From positions 328,662,001 to 328,726,000 of the forward strand of contig OZ024741.1 in the NCBI GenBank assembly GCA_964016885.1: DNA of 64,000 nucleotides, in the 5' to 3' direction. The notes beneath the pieces were generated by a model. The model searched no databases and was not told the DNA's origin. It saw only the letters and a list, made by a program, of their open reading frames with translations. The first letter of the stretch is position 1, and every line of letters starts with the position of its first letter. This document shows positions 48,427 through 62,129 of this stretch, in pieces. Both the position numbers and the translations under genes were made by a program. This DNA comes from Eledone cirrhosa. Taxonomy: Eukaryota.

Positions 48427-49223
48427 TATATATATATATATGTACATATATGTGTGGTGTGTGTGTGTTTGAGTGTGTGGGTGTTCTTGCGTGTTCTTGT
48501 GTGTGTGTGAATATATATAGTTTATATGAAATATTGTGAAATATGTTGTAGAAGTTGTGTTAGGAAACAACTATAAGGCAAAATAAGAAGGAAGGAGTGA
48601 AAGTAAGAGGGTAAAAGATGACAAAAAGTACTTAATGGAATCATTTACCTTATATTTTAGGATATTTCCGCGTTATAAACTCCTTTTTCAAAAGATGGTT
48701 GGGTAAAGATGATGATTAACTGAAAGTGGATATACTCAGACAAACGTATATATAAATATATATATACGTGTGTGTATATAAATATGAATCAATATTTAAC
48801 ATAAAGAAAGGTGTGCACATGCGCAGAGATTATATGGAGAAAAGGAGAAAATCTGTTTGATTCGGGAAAAGAAATCCCCATCACCCGCTGCGAGAAGTCA
48901 AACAACCGTACCTCTCCTGGAATGACTCCCTAGTAAAGGCCATATAGCGTTTAAGAAACACAGTATTTTGTACATATATATATATAACGCATAACATTTA
49001 GTAAAAACTACATTCTTTAAGGTGAAAATGTTCCCAAATAGTACGTGGTTTATAGATATGTAAGAGGTACTGTGTGTGCCTCAAACGATATATGGTTCTC
49101 TCTCAATATATACACTTATATATTTTAGTCTGAGTTATTTATGCTCTGGTAAAATGTCCATTGAGCTTTTCTACAGAGAATCATAATCATCATACATATT
49201 ATATGATATGAAACCTTAAATTA

Positions 49224-49276
<53 letters not shown>

Positions 49277-49281
<5 letters not shown>

Positions 49282-50548
49282 GTGGTTACACAACAGTTAG
49301 CTCACCATACCGGGAACAATTGTTTCACCTTAGCGGATCCTCAGCTCGTAATGGGCATGGTTATACGGAACAGGGAGGACAACCCTACGAACGCGCAGTC
49401 GCAGAAACCGTCACTTCACACAGGCAATACTAAAAAATAATATCAGTACTAGAATCTCAAACCTCTCCTCTAATAAGGCTATTTTTGACAGGGCGGCACC
49501 CTACTATAATACTGCGTTGGCTAACAGCGCCTTCTCGCAACCTATCACTTACTCTCCCACTATCAACAACAGCAATAAGAAAAGAAAGCGTAACAATAGA
49601 CAGACTATCTGGTTCTCTCCTCCCTTCTCACTCAACGTTGAAACCAATGTAGGCAAAATATTTCTAGCCGTCTTAGATAGACACTTTCCCATAGGTCATA
49701 AATACCACTCCATCTTTAACCGACGCAAAGTAAAACTAGAATACTCCTGCGCTAACAACATGAAGGCCCACATCACCAACAGCCCTAAGAGCAACACCCC
49801 ACCAGGGTGCTCTTGCCGTAAGCCCGAAGCTTGTCCCCTTCAACAGCAACACAACACACCCGCTGTAATTTATGAAGCTGTGGTCACTTCCAACCGACCA
49901 AATCAACCAAAGGAGGTCAAATACTATGTGGGTATGGCGGAGGGATGATTTAATGAACGCTTCCTGAACCACCAGTCGACCTTTAGGTACCCGGACAGAC
50001 GTTCATCCACGAAACACGCGATCCACGTGTGGTCCCTCAAGGACTCAAGTATAGACTACTCCATTCAATGGAAAGCCATCACTAAGTCCAAGCCATACGC
50101 AAGGTGAAATCCGTCGTGTGGACTATGTAATGATGAACGAATAAATATTCTAAAGAGATTATGCAATAGTGATTGCCTAAACACGAGAAAATAATTCTTC
50201 ACACGTTGTCCACACGTCTCGAAACACCTCTTACATAACTACAAAGCTCCGGATTGAATCACAACATCCTAATTTTCTTACCAACTAGTAACGTTTTGGA
50301 CTTTCGCAGTTATCTCCCTTACACCTCTCGCACGCTTTTTAGTATTGCCTGTGTGAAGTGACGGTTTCTGTGCATGCGCGTTCGTACGGTTGTACTTCCT
50401 GTTCCGTATAACCATGTCCATTACGAGCTGAGGATCCGCTAAGGTGAAACAATTGTTCTCGGTATAGTGAACTAAATGTTGTGTAAGCACTTCTACCTAA
50501 CTCGTCCCATGAACTGAGTGCTATACCACTACGGATATTACCTTATTA
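49277..50548 (+). mobile_element. Truncated Naiad-type PLE with inverted pLTR at the 5' end
   Basis: IWFSPPFSLNVETNVGKIFL..CSCRKPEACPL..VIYEAVV..YYVGMAEG*F..SCGLC..; 49277-49437 inverts 50335-50495. Confidence 0.9.
50424..50461 (+). ncRNA. Minimal type I HHR in pLTR (inverted copy at 49311-49348)
   Basis: cgag-CTGAGGA-t-cc-gctaa-gg-t-GAAA-caattg-TT-ctcg; palindromic stem III acaattgt; GUU triplet. Confidence 0.8.
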
Positions 50549-50567
50549 CCTTCCAGTGTTCTACCAC

Positions 50568-50800
<233 letters not shown>

Positions 50801-50924
50801 GTATAGGATTATGCTGGATGCAGTAATGGTTAATTACTACACTGGATAGAGTTGGAAACATTTGTAAGCAAACAGAATAAATTACCTTTTTATGATGTCT
50901 ACCTGTTATTATTCATTCTGTATC

Positions 50925-50984
<60 letters not shown>

Positions 50985-51813
50985 AGGGTGTTAAAGTCTG
51001 CTTGAAGCATTGTGAAATGTGTAAAATACGTATTTAAGAAAGCCACAACAATGCAGAGGGAAATCTCGAGGTAGGAAGTGAAAGATGGATAGGAAAAACA
51101 GGTGAAAGTGAAAATTGAGAGAGACAAAGATGAAAACAAAACAAAGGTAGAAGGGTTACCGTAGTAGAGATTTAATCCCAATATTTCGGGCTCACGCCCA
51201 TCAACGGGGGAAAAGTTCCAAAAGGGGGGAAACAGGCCAAGCGGAGAAAGTTGTGATGTCGTTAAGACAGGAATGCCGTTATGGGGAGAAAATTATTTAA
51301 AATTTAAACGAGGGAAAGAATGCGCGTGCGCGTGATAGGCTGTGGCAAAAGCTACTGACCAAATGGGTTAAATCAAGAGGGTGCGCTAGCGTGTGAAAGC
51401 CGTAAGATATGTGTGTGTAAATATATGTGTGTGTAACTGTGTGTGTATAAGTGTAAGTGTGTATATGTGTGAGTGTGTGTGTGTGTGAAAGATAGTGGGC
51501 TGTAGAAGCTGGAAATCAAAGGGTGTGAAAGGTGGTAGGTTGTAAAACATGTGTGCGTGTATAAATATAGATGTGTGTGTGTAAGCGTATGGGTATACAT
51601 GTGTGTGTAACTGTGTGTGTATATGTGTGAGTGCGTTTGTGTGTGAAAGATAGTGGGCTGTAGAAGCTGGAAATCAAAGGGTGTGAAAGGTGGTAGGTTG
51701 TAAAAACATGTGTGCGTGTATAAATATAGATGTGTGTGTGTATGCGTATGGGTATGAATATACGTGCGTGTGTGTGAAGATAGCAGGCCGCAGGCTGTGA
51801 ATGGTCACTATGG

Positions 51814-52700
51814 TTAAGTTAGCCATGTCAGCTCATTTCTCTCAGTCCGGTTGTTAAGTGGGGGTCTGAGGTTCTTAATAACAAGTGCTTCCTTTATCCT
51901 TAAGGATCCGATGCTGCGTTCAGTCGCTAGGACTGTGACAAAGGGTCTAACCTGTGGGTTTCCGCATTTAAGGATGTGTTTACGGAAGGAAGATGCGTTG
52001 GTGTTGATATGTTCCTTGATACGAACATGTAGGGGTAGGATGGTGCTACCTATGTAAAACTTGTTACATTTATCGCATTGAATATTATATACGACATAGG
52101 TGCGTAGGCAATCTGCCACACGTATCGGGCAGTTGCTGAGGGAACACGTCCCATCTGACTCGTCGGGTTTGTTGGAGAGGCATCTTCGCAGCGAAGGTCC
52201 TGTGTGGGCCAAATGTATGTCAAGTCCCTCCGTCCGTATGGCCCTGCGGATGGCGTTCGTGGTATATTCACTCAGGTGGGGGATTTTAAAGAAGCACCTG
52301 CTTTTATTTAAGTTTCTAGTGGGTGTCTGTCTATTGGGTCTGGGGTCTCTAATTCCGTTAATCAGTCGCTTGGGATAACCATTAGATCTGAGTAGATTAC
52401 GGAATTGCGTGGTATGGGTGAGACCACCCATCTGGTCACTGCATCTGTTAGTGATCCGTGTCAGTTCATTTAGGACATAGCCTCTCTTAGCGTTGTTGGG
52501 GAGGCCTGAGTTATAATGCACAAATAAGTCCTTGCACGCTGCTTTGCGGTAGAAGGTGGTGTTTATGTCTCCTTCTTCCGAGATGTTGATACGGAAGTCG
52601 AGGAGGGCGAGTGACCCGTCTTCTCCTGGGTGTTCGATGGTGAAATCGACGTGATGGTCAGTATCGTTGAAGATTTGGTGAATTTCATTCGCCATCTCCA
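51814..52700 (-). pseudogene. Inverted duplicate of RT thumb + GIY-YIG (open frame, no RT palm)
   Basis: ORF 51814..52851 is near-identical to the 54109-55005 translation without the G-run frameshift. Confidence 0.9.
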
Positions 52701-55005
52701 CCAGGTCCAGGAAATACGCAAAGCTATAGATCAGTGTTACCACACCAGAGTCAAATATGATAAACAGCGCCTTATACGGAAATACGAATGGACTGTAAAC
52801 AAATACTACAATGACAACATCCGCTCCCACAGACGGACCGACTACAACCACACCAGGGGCAACAGCTATACAACACCCTCCGCTACACCCCCCAACATCG
52901 ATCTACCTACCAACGATGCTTCACACCTCGTTACCGACTTAACCGGTACCCTCACCAACGACGAACTCGAACTTCTGCGCCTCGGACCCAAGTTCATCAT
53001 TACACAGCGTCTCGATGATAGACTGAATTCGACATCGAAACCAACTTCTGTCGGACAGCATATCAACTGAAATGGCTAACCGCCATCCAAAACAACACCG
53101 AGATCGATTACAACCCCACAACCCACGCCACACTCCCCACGTATCACCTCGACAACCCACTCCACCCCCACCCACCAACCACGAACTTGACACTAAACTA
53201 CTCAGGTTGAAACATTCTATCTCTAACATCCTTTCCCAACACACACACACACAATAAACGCAACCTCACCAATGCACAATTTAATACTCTCACCAACCTA
53301 AGATCCAGGAACCTTGTGTACCTTCCCTCTGACAAGGGGAAAGAAGTCTGTGTCATCTCGAGAGAGACCTACAACAACTTAGCTCTCCAACATCTTAATG
53401 ACCACAGCCTCTACTCGAAAGTCACAGGAACCTCCTCGACTCTAATCGAGGAAGGCATTAACACCATATGGACTAACATCTGTGTCCAACGAAAACTGCC
53501 AAAGAAGGTAAAAAACAACATAATGACTCGAAGCAGCAAATTACCCACCTTCTACCATCTGGTCAAAACACATAAACAAGGACCCGTTTTGAAAATCAGG
53601 CCCATTGTCTCTAGCGTGGAGGGCCCACTCTACAAAATATCGTGACTGCTCTCCACACTACTGAAACCCATTCTACACACACTACCAGCCCACGTCTGCA
53701 GCTCAAAGGGGGTCTTAGAGCGACTACACCATCTGGCGCCCAACACCAGAAAGGACAACGGTTATGCCTTCAGTCTTGATGTGGTCGCCCTTTATACCTC
53801 CGTACCAGCATCCCCAGCTGTCGACCTGTTGACCGAACGAGTCCGAGCATCTGACTTACACTGCTTCGGACTCACGCACACGGACATCCACCAACTCCTC
53901 TCTTTTGTTGTGGATAATGCACTCTTCAATTTCCTCGGCCACACGTACAAACAAATCTCTGGGCTACCTATGGGCTCTAGTCTGTCCGGCATACTTGCGA
54001 TCTCGTACATGGACCACCTGGAACGCAAGGCACTCAATACCTGCCAACCCAACGCCGTCGCCTTCTACTCCAGATACGTTGATGACATCCTGATACTTAC
54101 TTCTTCCCGGGAGACGGCGAATGAAATTCACCAAATCTTCAACGATACTGACCATCACGTCGATTTCACCATCGAACACCCCGGAGAAGACGGGTCACTC
54201 GCCCTCCTCGACTTCCGTATCAACATCTCGGAAGAAGGAGACATAAACACCACCTTCTACCGCAAAGCAGCGTGCAAGGACTTATTTGTGCATTATAACT
54301 CAGCCCTCCCCAACAACGCTAAGAGAGGCTATGTCCTAAATGAACTGACACGGATCACTAACAGATGCAGCGACCCGATGGGTGGTCTCACCCATACCAC
54401 GCAATTCCGTAATCTACTCAGATCTAATGGTTATCCCAAGCGACTGATTAACGGAATTAGAGACCCCAGACCCAATAGACAGACACCCACTAGAAACTTA
54501 AATAAAAGCAGGTGCTTCTTTAAAATCCCCCACCTGAGTGAATATACCACGAACGCCATCCGCAGGGCCATACGGACGGAGGGACTTGACATACATTTGG
54601 CCCACACAGGACCTTCGCTGCGAAGATGCCTCTCTAACAAACCCGACGAGTCAGATGGGACGTGTTCCCTCAGCAACTGCCCGATACGGGGGGGGGGGGG
54701 GGGCAGATTGCCTACGCACCTATGTCGTATATAAGATTCAATGCGATAAATGTAACAAGTTTTACATAGGTAGCACCATCCGACCCCTACATGTTCGTAT
54801 CAAGGAACATATCAACACCAACGCATCTTCCTTCCGTAAACACATCCTTAAATGCGGAAACCCACAGGGTAGACCCTTGGTCACAGTCCTAGCGACTGAA
54901 CGCAGCATCGGATCCTTAAGGATAAAGGAAGCACTTGTTATTAAGAACCTCAGACCCCCACTTAACAACCGGACTGAGAGAAATGAGCTGACATGGCTAA
55001 CTTAA
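52700..55005 (+). pseudogene. PLE reverse transcriptase + GIY-YIG endonuclease (disrupted)
   Basis: LLRLGPKF, PSDKG, KIRPIVS, SLDVVALYTSVP, YKQISGLPMGSSLS, RYVDD, LALLD, VVYKIQCDKCNKFYIGST..RIKEH; stops near 53255 and 53643; G-run frameshift near 54690. Confidence 0.92.
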
Positions 55006-55616
55006 CCATAGTGACCATTCACAGCCTGCGGCCTGCTATCTTCACACACACGCACGTATATTCATACCCATACGCATACACACACACATCTATATTTATA
55101 CACGCACACATGTTTTTACAACCTACCACCTTTCACACCCTTTGATTTCCAGCTTCTACAGCCCACTATCTTTCACACACAAACGCACTCACACATATAC
55201 ACACACAGTTACACACACATGTATACCCATACGCTTACACACACACATCTATATTTATACACGCACACATGTTTTACAACCTACCACCTTTCACACCCTT
55301 TGATTTCCAGCTTCTACAGCCCACTATCTTTCACACACACACACACTCACACATATACACACTTACACTTATACACACACAGTTACACACACATATATAT
55401 TTACACACACATATCTTACGGCTTTCACACGCTAGCGCACCCTCTTGATTTAACCCATTTGGTCAATAGCTTTTGCCACAGCCTATCACGCGCACGCGCA
55501 TTCTTTCCCTCGTTTAAATTTTAAATAATGTTCTCCCCATAACGGCATTCCTGTCTTAACGACATCACAACTTTCTCCGCTTGGCCTGTTCTCCCCCCCC
55601 CCCCCTTTTGGAACTT

Positions 55617-55652
55617 TCCCCCGTTGATGGGCGTGAGCCCGAAATATTGGGA
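55617..55652 (+). ncRNA. Minimal HHR variant (CCGTTGA core); inverted copy at 51176-51211
   Basis: tccc-CCGTTGA-t-gggc-gtga-gccc-GAAA-ta-TT-ggga; located in the pLTR at the expected position. Confidence 0.55.
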
Positions 55653-55799
55653 TTAAATCTCCACTACGGTAACCCTTCTACCTTTGTTTTGTTTTCATCT
55701 TTGTCTCTCTCAATTTTCACTTTCACCTGTTTTTCCTATCTATCTTTCACTTCCTACCTCGAGATTTCCCTCTGCATTGTTGTGGCTTTCTTAACTACG

Positions 55800-55876
<77 letters not shown>

Positions 55877-56029
55877 CTTGTGGAGGGTCATATTGCTGTA
55901 ACAATATTGCCAGAAATAATAACAGAACACACTCACTGTTTGGTTGGTTTTCGCTTGTGCATCTTTTATATCTCCATAGTTAATTCATTCGGCAATCAAT
56001 GTTTATGAATGACTGACCAACGGTCAAAG

Positions 56030-58225
56030 TAAAATGCAGATATAAATACATATATATAGTCTAACAAAATTCTTTCGTTGCACATCTACAACATCATCAG
56101 TGGTACTACTATGTTTCTCTTGTTGTATTGTATGTCTACACCATTTTGATTTTACCTGTTTATTTATTTATTTATTTATTTTTATCTTCTTCTCTGCGCA
56201 TGCGTTTGCGTGTGTGTATATTGTTTGGAGTGTGTGTTCGCGTTTGGATGACTGTGTTTTATTAAAAGGTAACTTAGTAGGATAAATTTTACTCACCCTA
56301 TAAGTTTTGTCAGCTGGGTTGAAGAATACTTTCTCTAAGTGGTTGTCATTATATCTATCGTCATAGGGCGGTGGATTGGCAGTATCGGTAGAGGGTCGGA
56401 CGCCATGCTTTGACGCATAGAGTTACGGCCCTTGCCATACTGAGTTCAAATCCCGCCGAGGTTAACTTTGCCTTTCATCCTTAAGGGGTCGATAAAATAA
56501 AGTACCAGTAATGTACTGGGTAATTGCTGGCCTTGTGCCAAAAGTAGAAACAATTATATCTATCGTCATAGTTGTGTGTGTTGCTATTATTGTTATTATG
56601 GTTGTTGTTGTTCCTACAATTAACATTATAATTATTGTTATGATTGTTAGATGATTGTTAGATGTATTGGAGTCAGCATAGCTGGTGATGTTGCCAATCT
56701 TTTTATGGTATGGTGGAAAAGGAGACTCAAAGATCTCCTTGAAGAGAGCTCCATAGACCTCATTAAGTACTCTCGTTACGTAGACGATATTAATATAGTA
56801 ATAAGGACACCCCCGCAAGAGAGTACTAACGAATATGATTTAGAATATAGCACAATGGAAAGCATCCAGCAGATAGCTAACACCATACACCAGAGTATAA
56901 CTGTAACTATTGGCTACCCTTCCAAATACCATAACAATAGACTACCTGTATTAGAACTCTGGATTAACACTATAGATGAGAGGGCCCAAATTCTCTACTC
57001 ACACTACGCTATACCCATAGCCTCCAAATACCTGATACTCAAAAACTCAGCAATGTCCAGTAGTGCTCAGTTTAATATTCTGATCGCAGACTTGGTACGA
57101 GTGATGAAGAACATGCCCCGCATGTGCGACTCAACAGAAATGGAAATACACATCCAACACTTCATCAACCGCATGCAGTTCTCTAGCTACAACAAAAGAG
57201 ATAGAATCAGAGTATACAAGGGAGCCATAGAGAAGTATAAGAGCCGCATAGAACTGCACATGAAAGAACTTTTCCCATTATATAGGAGCAAATCACGGAA
57301 TAGCTTAGATAGGACTAAACATAAGATAGGTAAAGCCTCCTCATGGTACGACAACCAGAGATACCAGAGTGTCATGTTAGTGGACGCTACCCCTGGATGG
57401 AAATTAGCTAACTAATGTAGAAAGGCCCTGAGAAAGATCCACTTAAAGATTAAAGTGGTAGAAAAGCCAGGAACTACCATAAAATCCCTGATCAGCAAAA
57501 TATACCCTTTTAAGAAAACTCACTGTACTAATAAAAAATGTGTTATATGTAAAGTAAACCCCCAGATAAACTGTAAAACTAGAAATATAGTCTATAGCAT
57601 AAGATGTACAGAGGGTACTTTCAGAAACATGACAACAACATACACAGGCGAGACTGTTCGACGCATACGAAAAAGAATAGACCAACACTGGGGGGAGGGG
57701 TTAAAAGGAAAAAAAAAACGGTTCAGTACTATACGAATACGCCAGACAACAACATTATGGTAACATAGACAACATAGAAATTAAAATAATATCTAAATAG
57801 TGAAATGACCCAACAGGTTGGCAAATCAGAGAAGCAAGCGAAATAGAGCTTAGAAGGCCAAAGCTAAATAGAAAAAATGAATGGAATAATAACACACCCA
57901 AACAAACAATACTGACTTAAGAGAAATATAAATATATAAATAAATATATACACAAGCACAATAACAACAAACATATAAACACACACTAATAAACTAAGGT
58001 AGAATACAATAACCAAAACACAGTCACCCAAACGCAAACACACACACCAAACACTATACACACACGCAAACGCATGCGCAGAGAAGAAGACAAAAATAAA
58101 TAAATAAATAAACAGATAAAATCAAAATGGCCTAGACATACAATACAACAGGAGGAACATAATAGCACCACTGATGATGCTGCAGATGTGCAACGAAAGA
58201 ACTTTGTTAGACTATATGTATGTAT
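56030..58225 (+). mobile_element. Truncated PLE (RT YVDD + GIY-YIG) with inverted pLTR; HHR-like motifs at 58166-58210 (+) and 56061-56105 (-)
   Basis: GVSIAGDVANLFM..YSRYVDD; NCKTRNIVYSIRC..YTGETVRRI; ca-CTGATGA-t-gctgca-gatg-tgcaac-GAAA-gaac-TT-tg; related to the 31-32 kb element. Confidence 0.85.
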
Positions 58226-58872
58226 TTGTATCATATATAATTGAATAAACAAGAGAGATGAACACTAATATAAACATACATGTGTTCGTAAGGACTAAGT
58301 TAGCTAGGGTGAAAAAATACTAACTACAACAATATTGTTTGCCAGACTTAATTTTAAGTAGTAAATTAAGAAAAATAACAGACCTATATCGGGCAAACGC
58401 CTGGTAACAACTAGACAGTTTTGAAAACTGTTCCGCAACATCTTATTAAGTGAAGTCAACACGTTTCTCTGCTCCTCAGTAGTTGTTGAGAAATTAGTGA
58501 TCCTCCCACTTCTAAAAATATTAGTTCTAATATTTTTAGAAGTGTTCATCTCTCTTGTTTATTCAATTATATTACACGGCTCAGAAAATCTTTTTTCTTA
58601 GAGCTATTTAATTGTAAGAGACTACTCTGAATTTCTAACTCACTATATATTTGTCGGCTCCATCATGTAGAGCTAATGTTAATGTCTTGTGAACGAGACT
58701 GCTATTTTTAGCGACATAGAATTTCGAGATGAGCTGGGTTCCGGAGACACATGCGCTATTTCATATCGCACACAATTCAGTCTTCTAATATTTTTAGAAG
58801 TGGAAGGATCACTAATCCCTCAAGCGGAGTGGTTTCCGGGAGGAAATATCCTTTTATCCAGCTTCGCTTAGC

Positions 58873-59820
58873 GTGACCAACAGGCGACGCCGCCGTTCAC
58901 GCCACGTAACGTGGTTCAATCCTCCCCACAATGCCGAGGTGGCAACACCTATCGGGAAATCTTCTTTCGGCTATTCGAAAAAACACTTTCCACCACAACA
59001 CCGCTACCACAACATAATCAACAAAAACACTATCAAGCTATCCTACAGCACCACACCCAACTTCGCACAAAACATCGTCTCCTCAAACAACAAAAAGCTC
59101 AACCCCTATGGAAGAAACAACCTAGAAATTAGTGGAGAGCCGACCAGGATGTGTAACTGCCCTGATGGATCTACGTGCCCCCTCAACACCAGATGCCGAG
59201 AACGTAACGTGATCTACCAGTGCAACGTGAGGACGACACCTCCAACAAAGGTTATATAGGATTAACCGCTTGTGACTTTAAGACCCGGCTCTACCAACAC
59301 CGACATACGTTCCGGAACCCGGTCCGGCGACATGCCACCATACTTTCGGGCCATATCTGGGACCTCCAAGATAATAATATAACTTACCATCTTACTTGTA
59401 GCTTACTGTCCAGAGCTAACTCTTACACAGGAGGACGCCGTCCGTGTAACCTATGCTCGGAGGAAACATTACAAATACTGTTTACGAAGGATCAACTCCT
59501 AAACAAAAAAGACGAACTGGTAACTGCATGCAAACACAGATTGCGGAAGACTTACCTCGCCCTCAAACCTCCTAACGATCCGGGTGGGTAGACTAGGGCT
59601 GAAACACCCCATTTGCCGAATAAGATAGGGGAAACCCCTACTAATATAGGTAGATGTGCCTCTTTTCTTTTCCTCCATGTTTTCTTCTTCCCTTTGTTTC
59701 CTCCTATCACTTCTTTCCACCACCGAACTTCTTCCTCGTTCATTTCTTTGTTTTTTTTTCCTTTCGCCTACCCCCAGACAGCCCATCGGCCTATTTAGCC
59801 TCAGTACCCCCACCCCAGTA
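58873..59820 (+). mobile_element. Truncated Naiad-type PLE (linker, GIY-YIG, 3' UTR)
   Basis: VTWFNPP..HFPPQHRYH..TIKLSYS..CNCPDGSTCPL..NVIYQC..YIGLT..FKTRLYQH..CNLCSEE..LLNKKDELVTACKH. Confidence 0.9.
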
Positions 59821-60149
59821 ACTTACAGATAGCATTCGCCGATTACGCTATACTAACTATTCAGAGCAGCTGTGTTAGACCCCAGATATGTGGTATTAAA
59901 TTTTAATTCTATATTTTTCAATTATTCTCATCTAGAACTCATTCTGTGGCTTTGGCCGAAATATAGCAGCTGTGTTAGACTCTTTATTTCATTTCTCACT
60001 TTCCAATCTTACTTTCTGTTACATCTTTCTCTCATTTTTTATTATGTATATTTTTTTTTTTATTATTATATTTTTCTTCGTCTCCTAATCGCCTTTCATT
60101 TACTATTTCCATAACGTCCCTCGTCCACTTTCTAAAGATACCTTTTTCG

Positions 60150-60437
60150 ATATGCGATTTTTTCTAAAAACTCAATTAATTGTGCAACCTGCCCACAATG
60201 TAAAGAATACTACATTGGTGAAACCGGACGGGTCTACATGAAAGAGTTCGCGTCCATAAACCATAAATTAGAGACCCCTCTGTCAGAATCACCACATGCA
60301 GTGAACACTTCCCATCATGCAGGAAGGGACAATTCACATCTTCCTCTTCTTTAAGATATGGTCAAACAACGGACATTTTAGGAAACATAAAGAATTCTTC
60401 ATTAGAAAGTACAAACTGCTACTGAACACAAAATAAT
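60150..60437 (+). pseudogene. Decayed GIY-YIG endonuclease of another PLE family
   Basis: TCPQCKEYYIGETG / LHERVRVHK / CSEHF / FFIRKYKLLLN with frameshifts. Confidence 0.7.
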
Positions 60438-60666
60438 GATATTCCATCTTCCAATAATGGGATTCTCGGGAAAGTTAACCAGGAATCTCCAAAAGAACTC
60501 CCCACCGAAGTTAAAGAACTTACTAGTTCTCCAAAACAAAATTGTAAAATTATAATATTATAAAATTAAATTGTTTAGAATTACACCCGAAGTCATTCTT
60601 TTCCTTTTTTCAACTATATTTATACGTATATATATACATATATACTCACACACACACACGCACACA

Positions 60667-60716
<50 letters not shown>

Positions 60717-60728
60717 TGTGTGCGTGTG

Positions 60729-62129
60729 TGTCCCAGTCATTTTCTTCGGGGTTATAAGCCTCTTATAACCCCGAAGAAAATGACTGGGACAGACCAATCC
60801 GGTTGAATTAGACTGAACCAGTATCAGAGTTAAAAATACATTATGAAGAGAGAAGAAACATTTAGATAACTCACGGTTAGGTGTGGATGCTTTCATGTAT
60901 ATGTGTGTGTCCGCATGTATCTGTGTGTTTCTAAATATATTGTTAATAACTCCCTCTGGTTGAGTAATCTTTGAAGTGTGGTGACTGCTGGAAAGCTGCC
61001 ATTACTCATACTTCTCGTCTCCTTCACCACCTCTTCTTCGGCTTCGATATAAATACCCCCTCCGCCTCCGTGGTATTTTCTTCGGGGTTATAAGAGGCTT
61101 AGCTCTGTTTCTCGACCGTTATATCGCGTGACTATCTTCCCCTCCGCCTTTTGGGATTCTTTCTCACGTCGTGTAGACGCGTTCTTGAAGCTAGTAAAAT
61201 GAGGTATCCTCTTGATAAATCGGCAGAACTCGCAGAGACTCTATATCTTTATGATGTATTGTTTTTGTTTATGCCACGAAACTACGTAGTCGAGGAATCT
61301 AGGAGCAGTTTAGGTATGATACATTTTATTACTAATTATATCTAAATGTTTCTTCTCTCTTCATAATGTATTTTTAACTCTGATACTGGTTCAGTCTAAT
61401 TCAACCGGATTGGTCTATCCCAGTCATTCATTGAGCAACATCGGTGAGGGTTGGCACCATTAACTCACGGTTGGGTGTGGATGCTTTCATGTATATGTGT
61501 GTGTCCGCATGTATCTGTGTGTTTCTAAATATATTGTTAATAACTCCCTCTGGTTGAGTAATCTTTGAAGTGTGGTGACTGCTGGAAAGCTGCCATTACT
61601 CATACTTCTCGCCCCCTTTACCACCTCTTCTACGGCTTCGATATAAATACCCCCTCCGCCTCCGTGGTATTTTCTTCGGGGTTATAAGAGGCTTAGCTCT
61701 GTTTCTCGACCGTTATATCGCGTGACTATCTCCCCCTCCGCCTTTTGGGATTCTTTCTCACGTCGTGTAGACGCGTTCTTGAAGCTAGTAAAATGAGGTA
61801 TCCTCTTGATAAGTCGGCAGACCTCGCAGAGACTCTATATCTTTATGATGTATTGTTTTTGTTTATGCCACGAAACTACGTAGTCGAGGAATCTAGGAGC
61901 AGTTTAGGTATGATACATTTTATTACTAATTATATCTAAATGTTTCTTCTCTCTTCATAATGTATTTTTAACTCTGATACTGGTTCAGTCTAATTCAACC
62001 GGATTGGTCTGTCCCAGTCATTCATTGAGCAACATCGGTGAGGTTGGCACCATTAACTCACGGTTGGGTGTGGATGCATTCATGTATATGTGTGTGTCCG
62101 CATGTATCTGTGTGTTTCTAAATATATTG

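Larger units (their letters stand above)
50983..55806 (+). mobile_element. Near full-length Penelope/Poseidon-type PLE with a long inverted 3' duplication at its 5' side
   Basis: 51024-52700 is the reverse complement of 54109-55806; flanked by (TA)n. Confidence 0.92.

Noticed and set aside
49940-50110. In-frame TGA codons in a Naiad-type ORF as selenocysteine (reported for some Naiad elements)
   Set aside because: The TGAs align to Arg/Asn positions in the paralogue at 42338-42733, not to conserved Cys; more likely decay, and no SECIS was identified
53640-53646. TGA in the RT as a recoding site
   Set aside because: Context YKIS*LL fits a TGG-to-TGA mutation, and the copy has other disruptions
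58460-58490. Minus-strand CTGAGGA-gcaga-GAAA-cgtg-TT
   Set aside because: No stem I or stem II pairing
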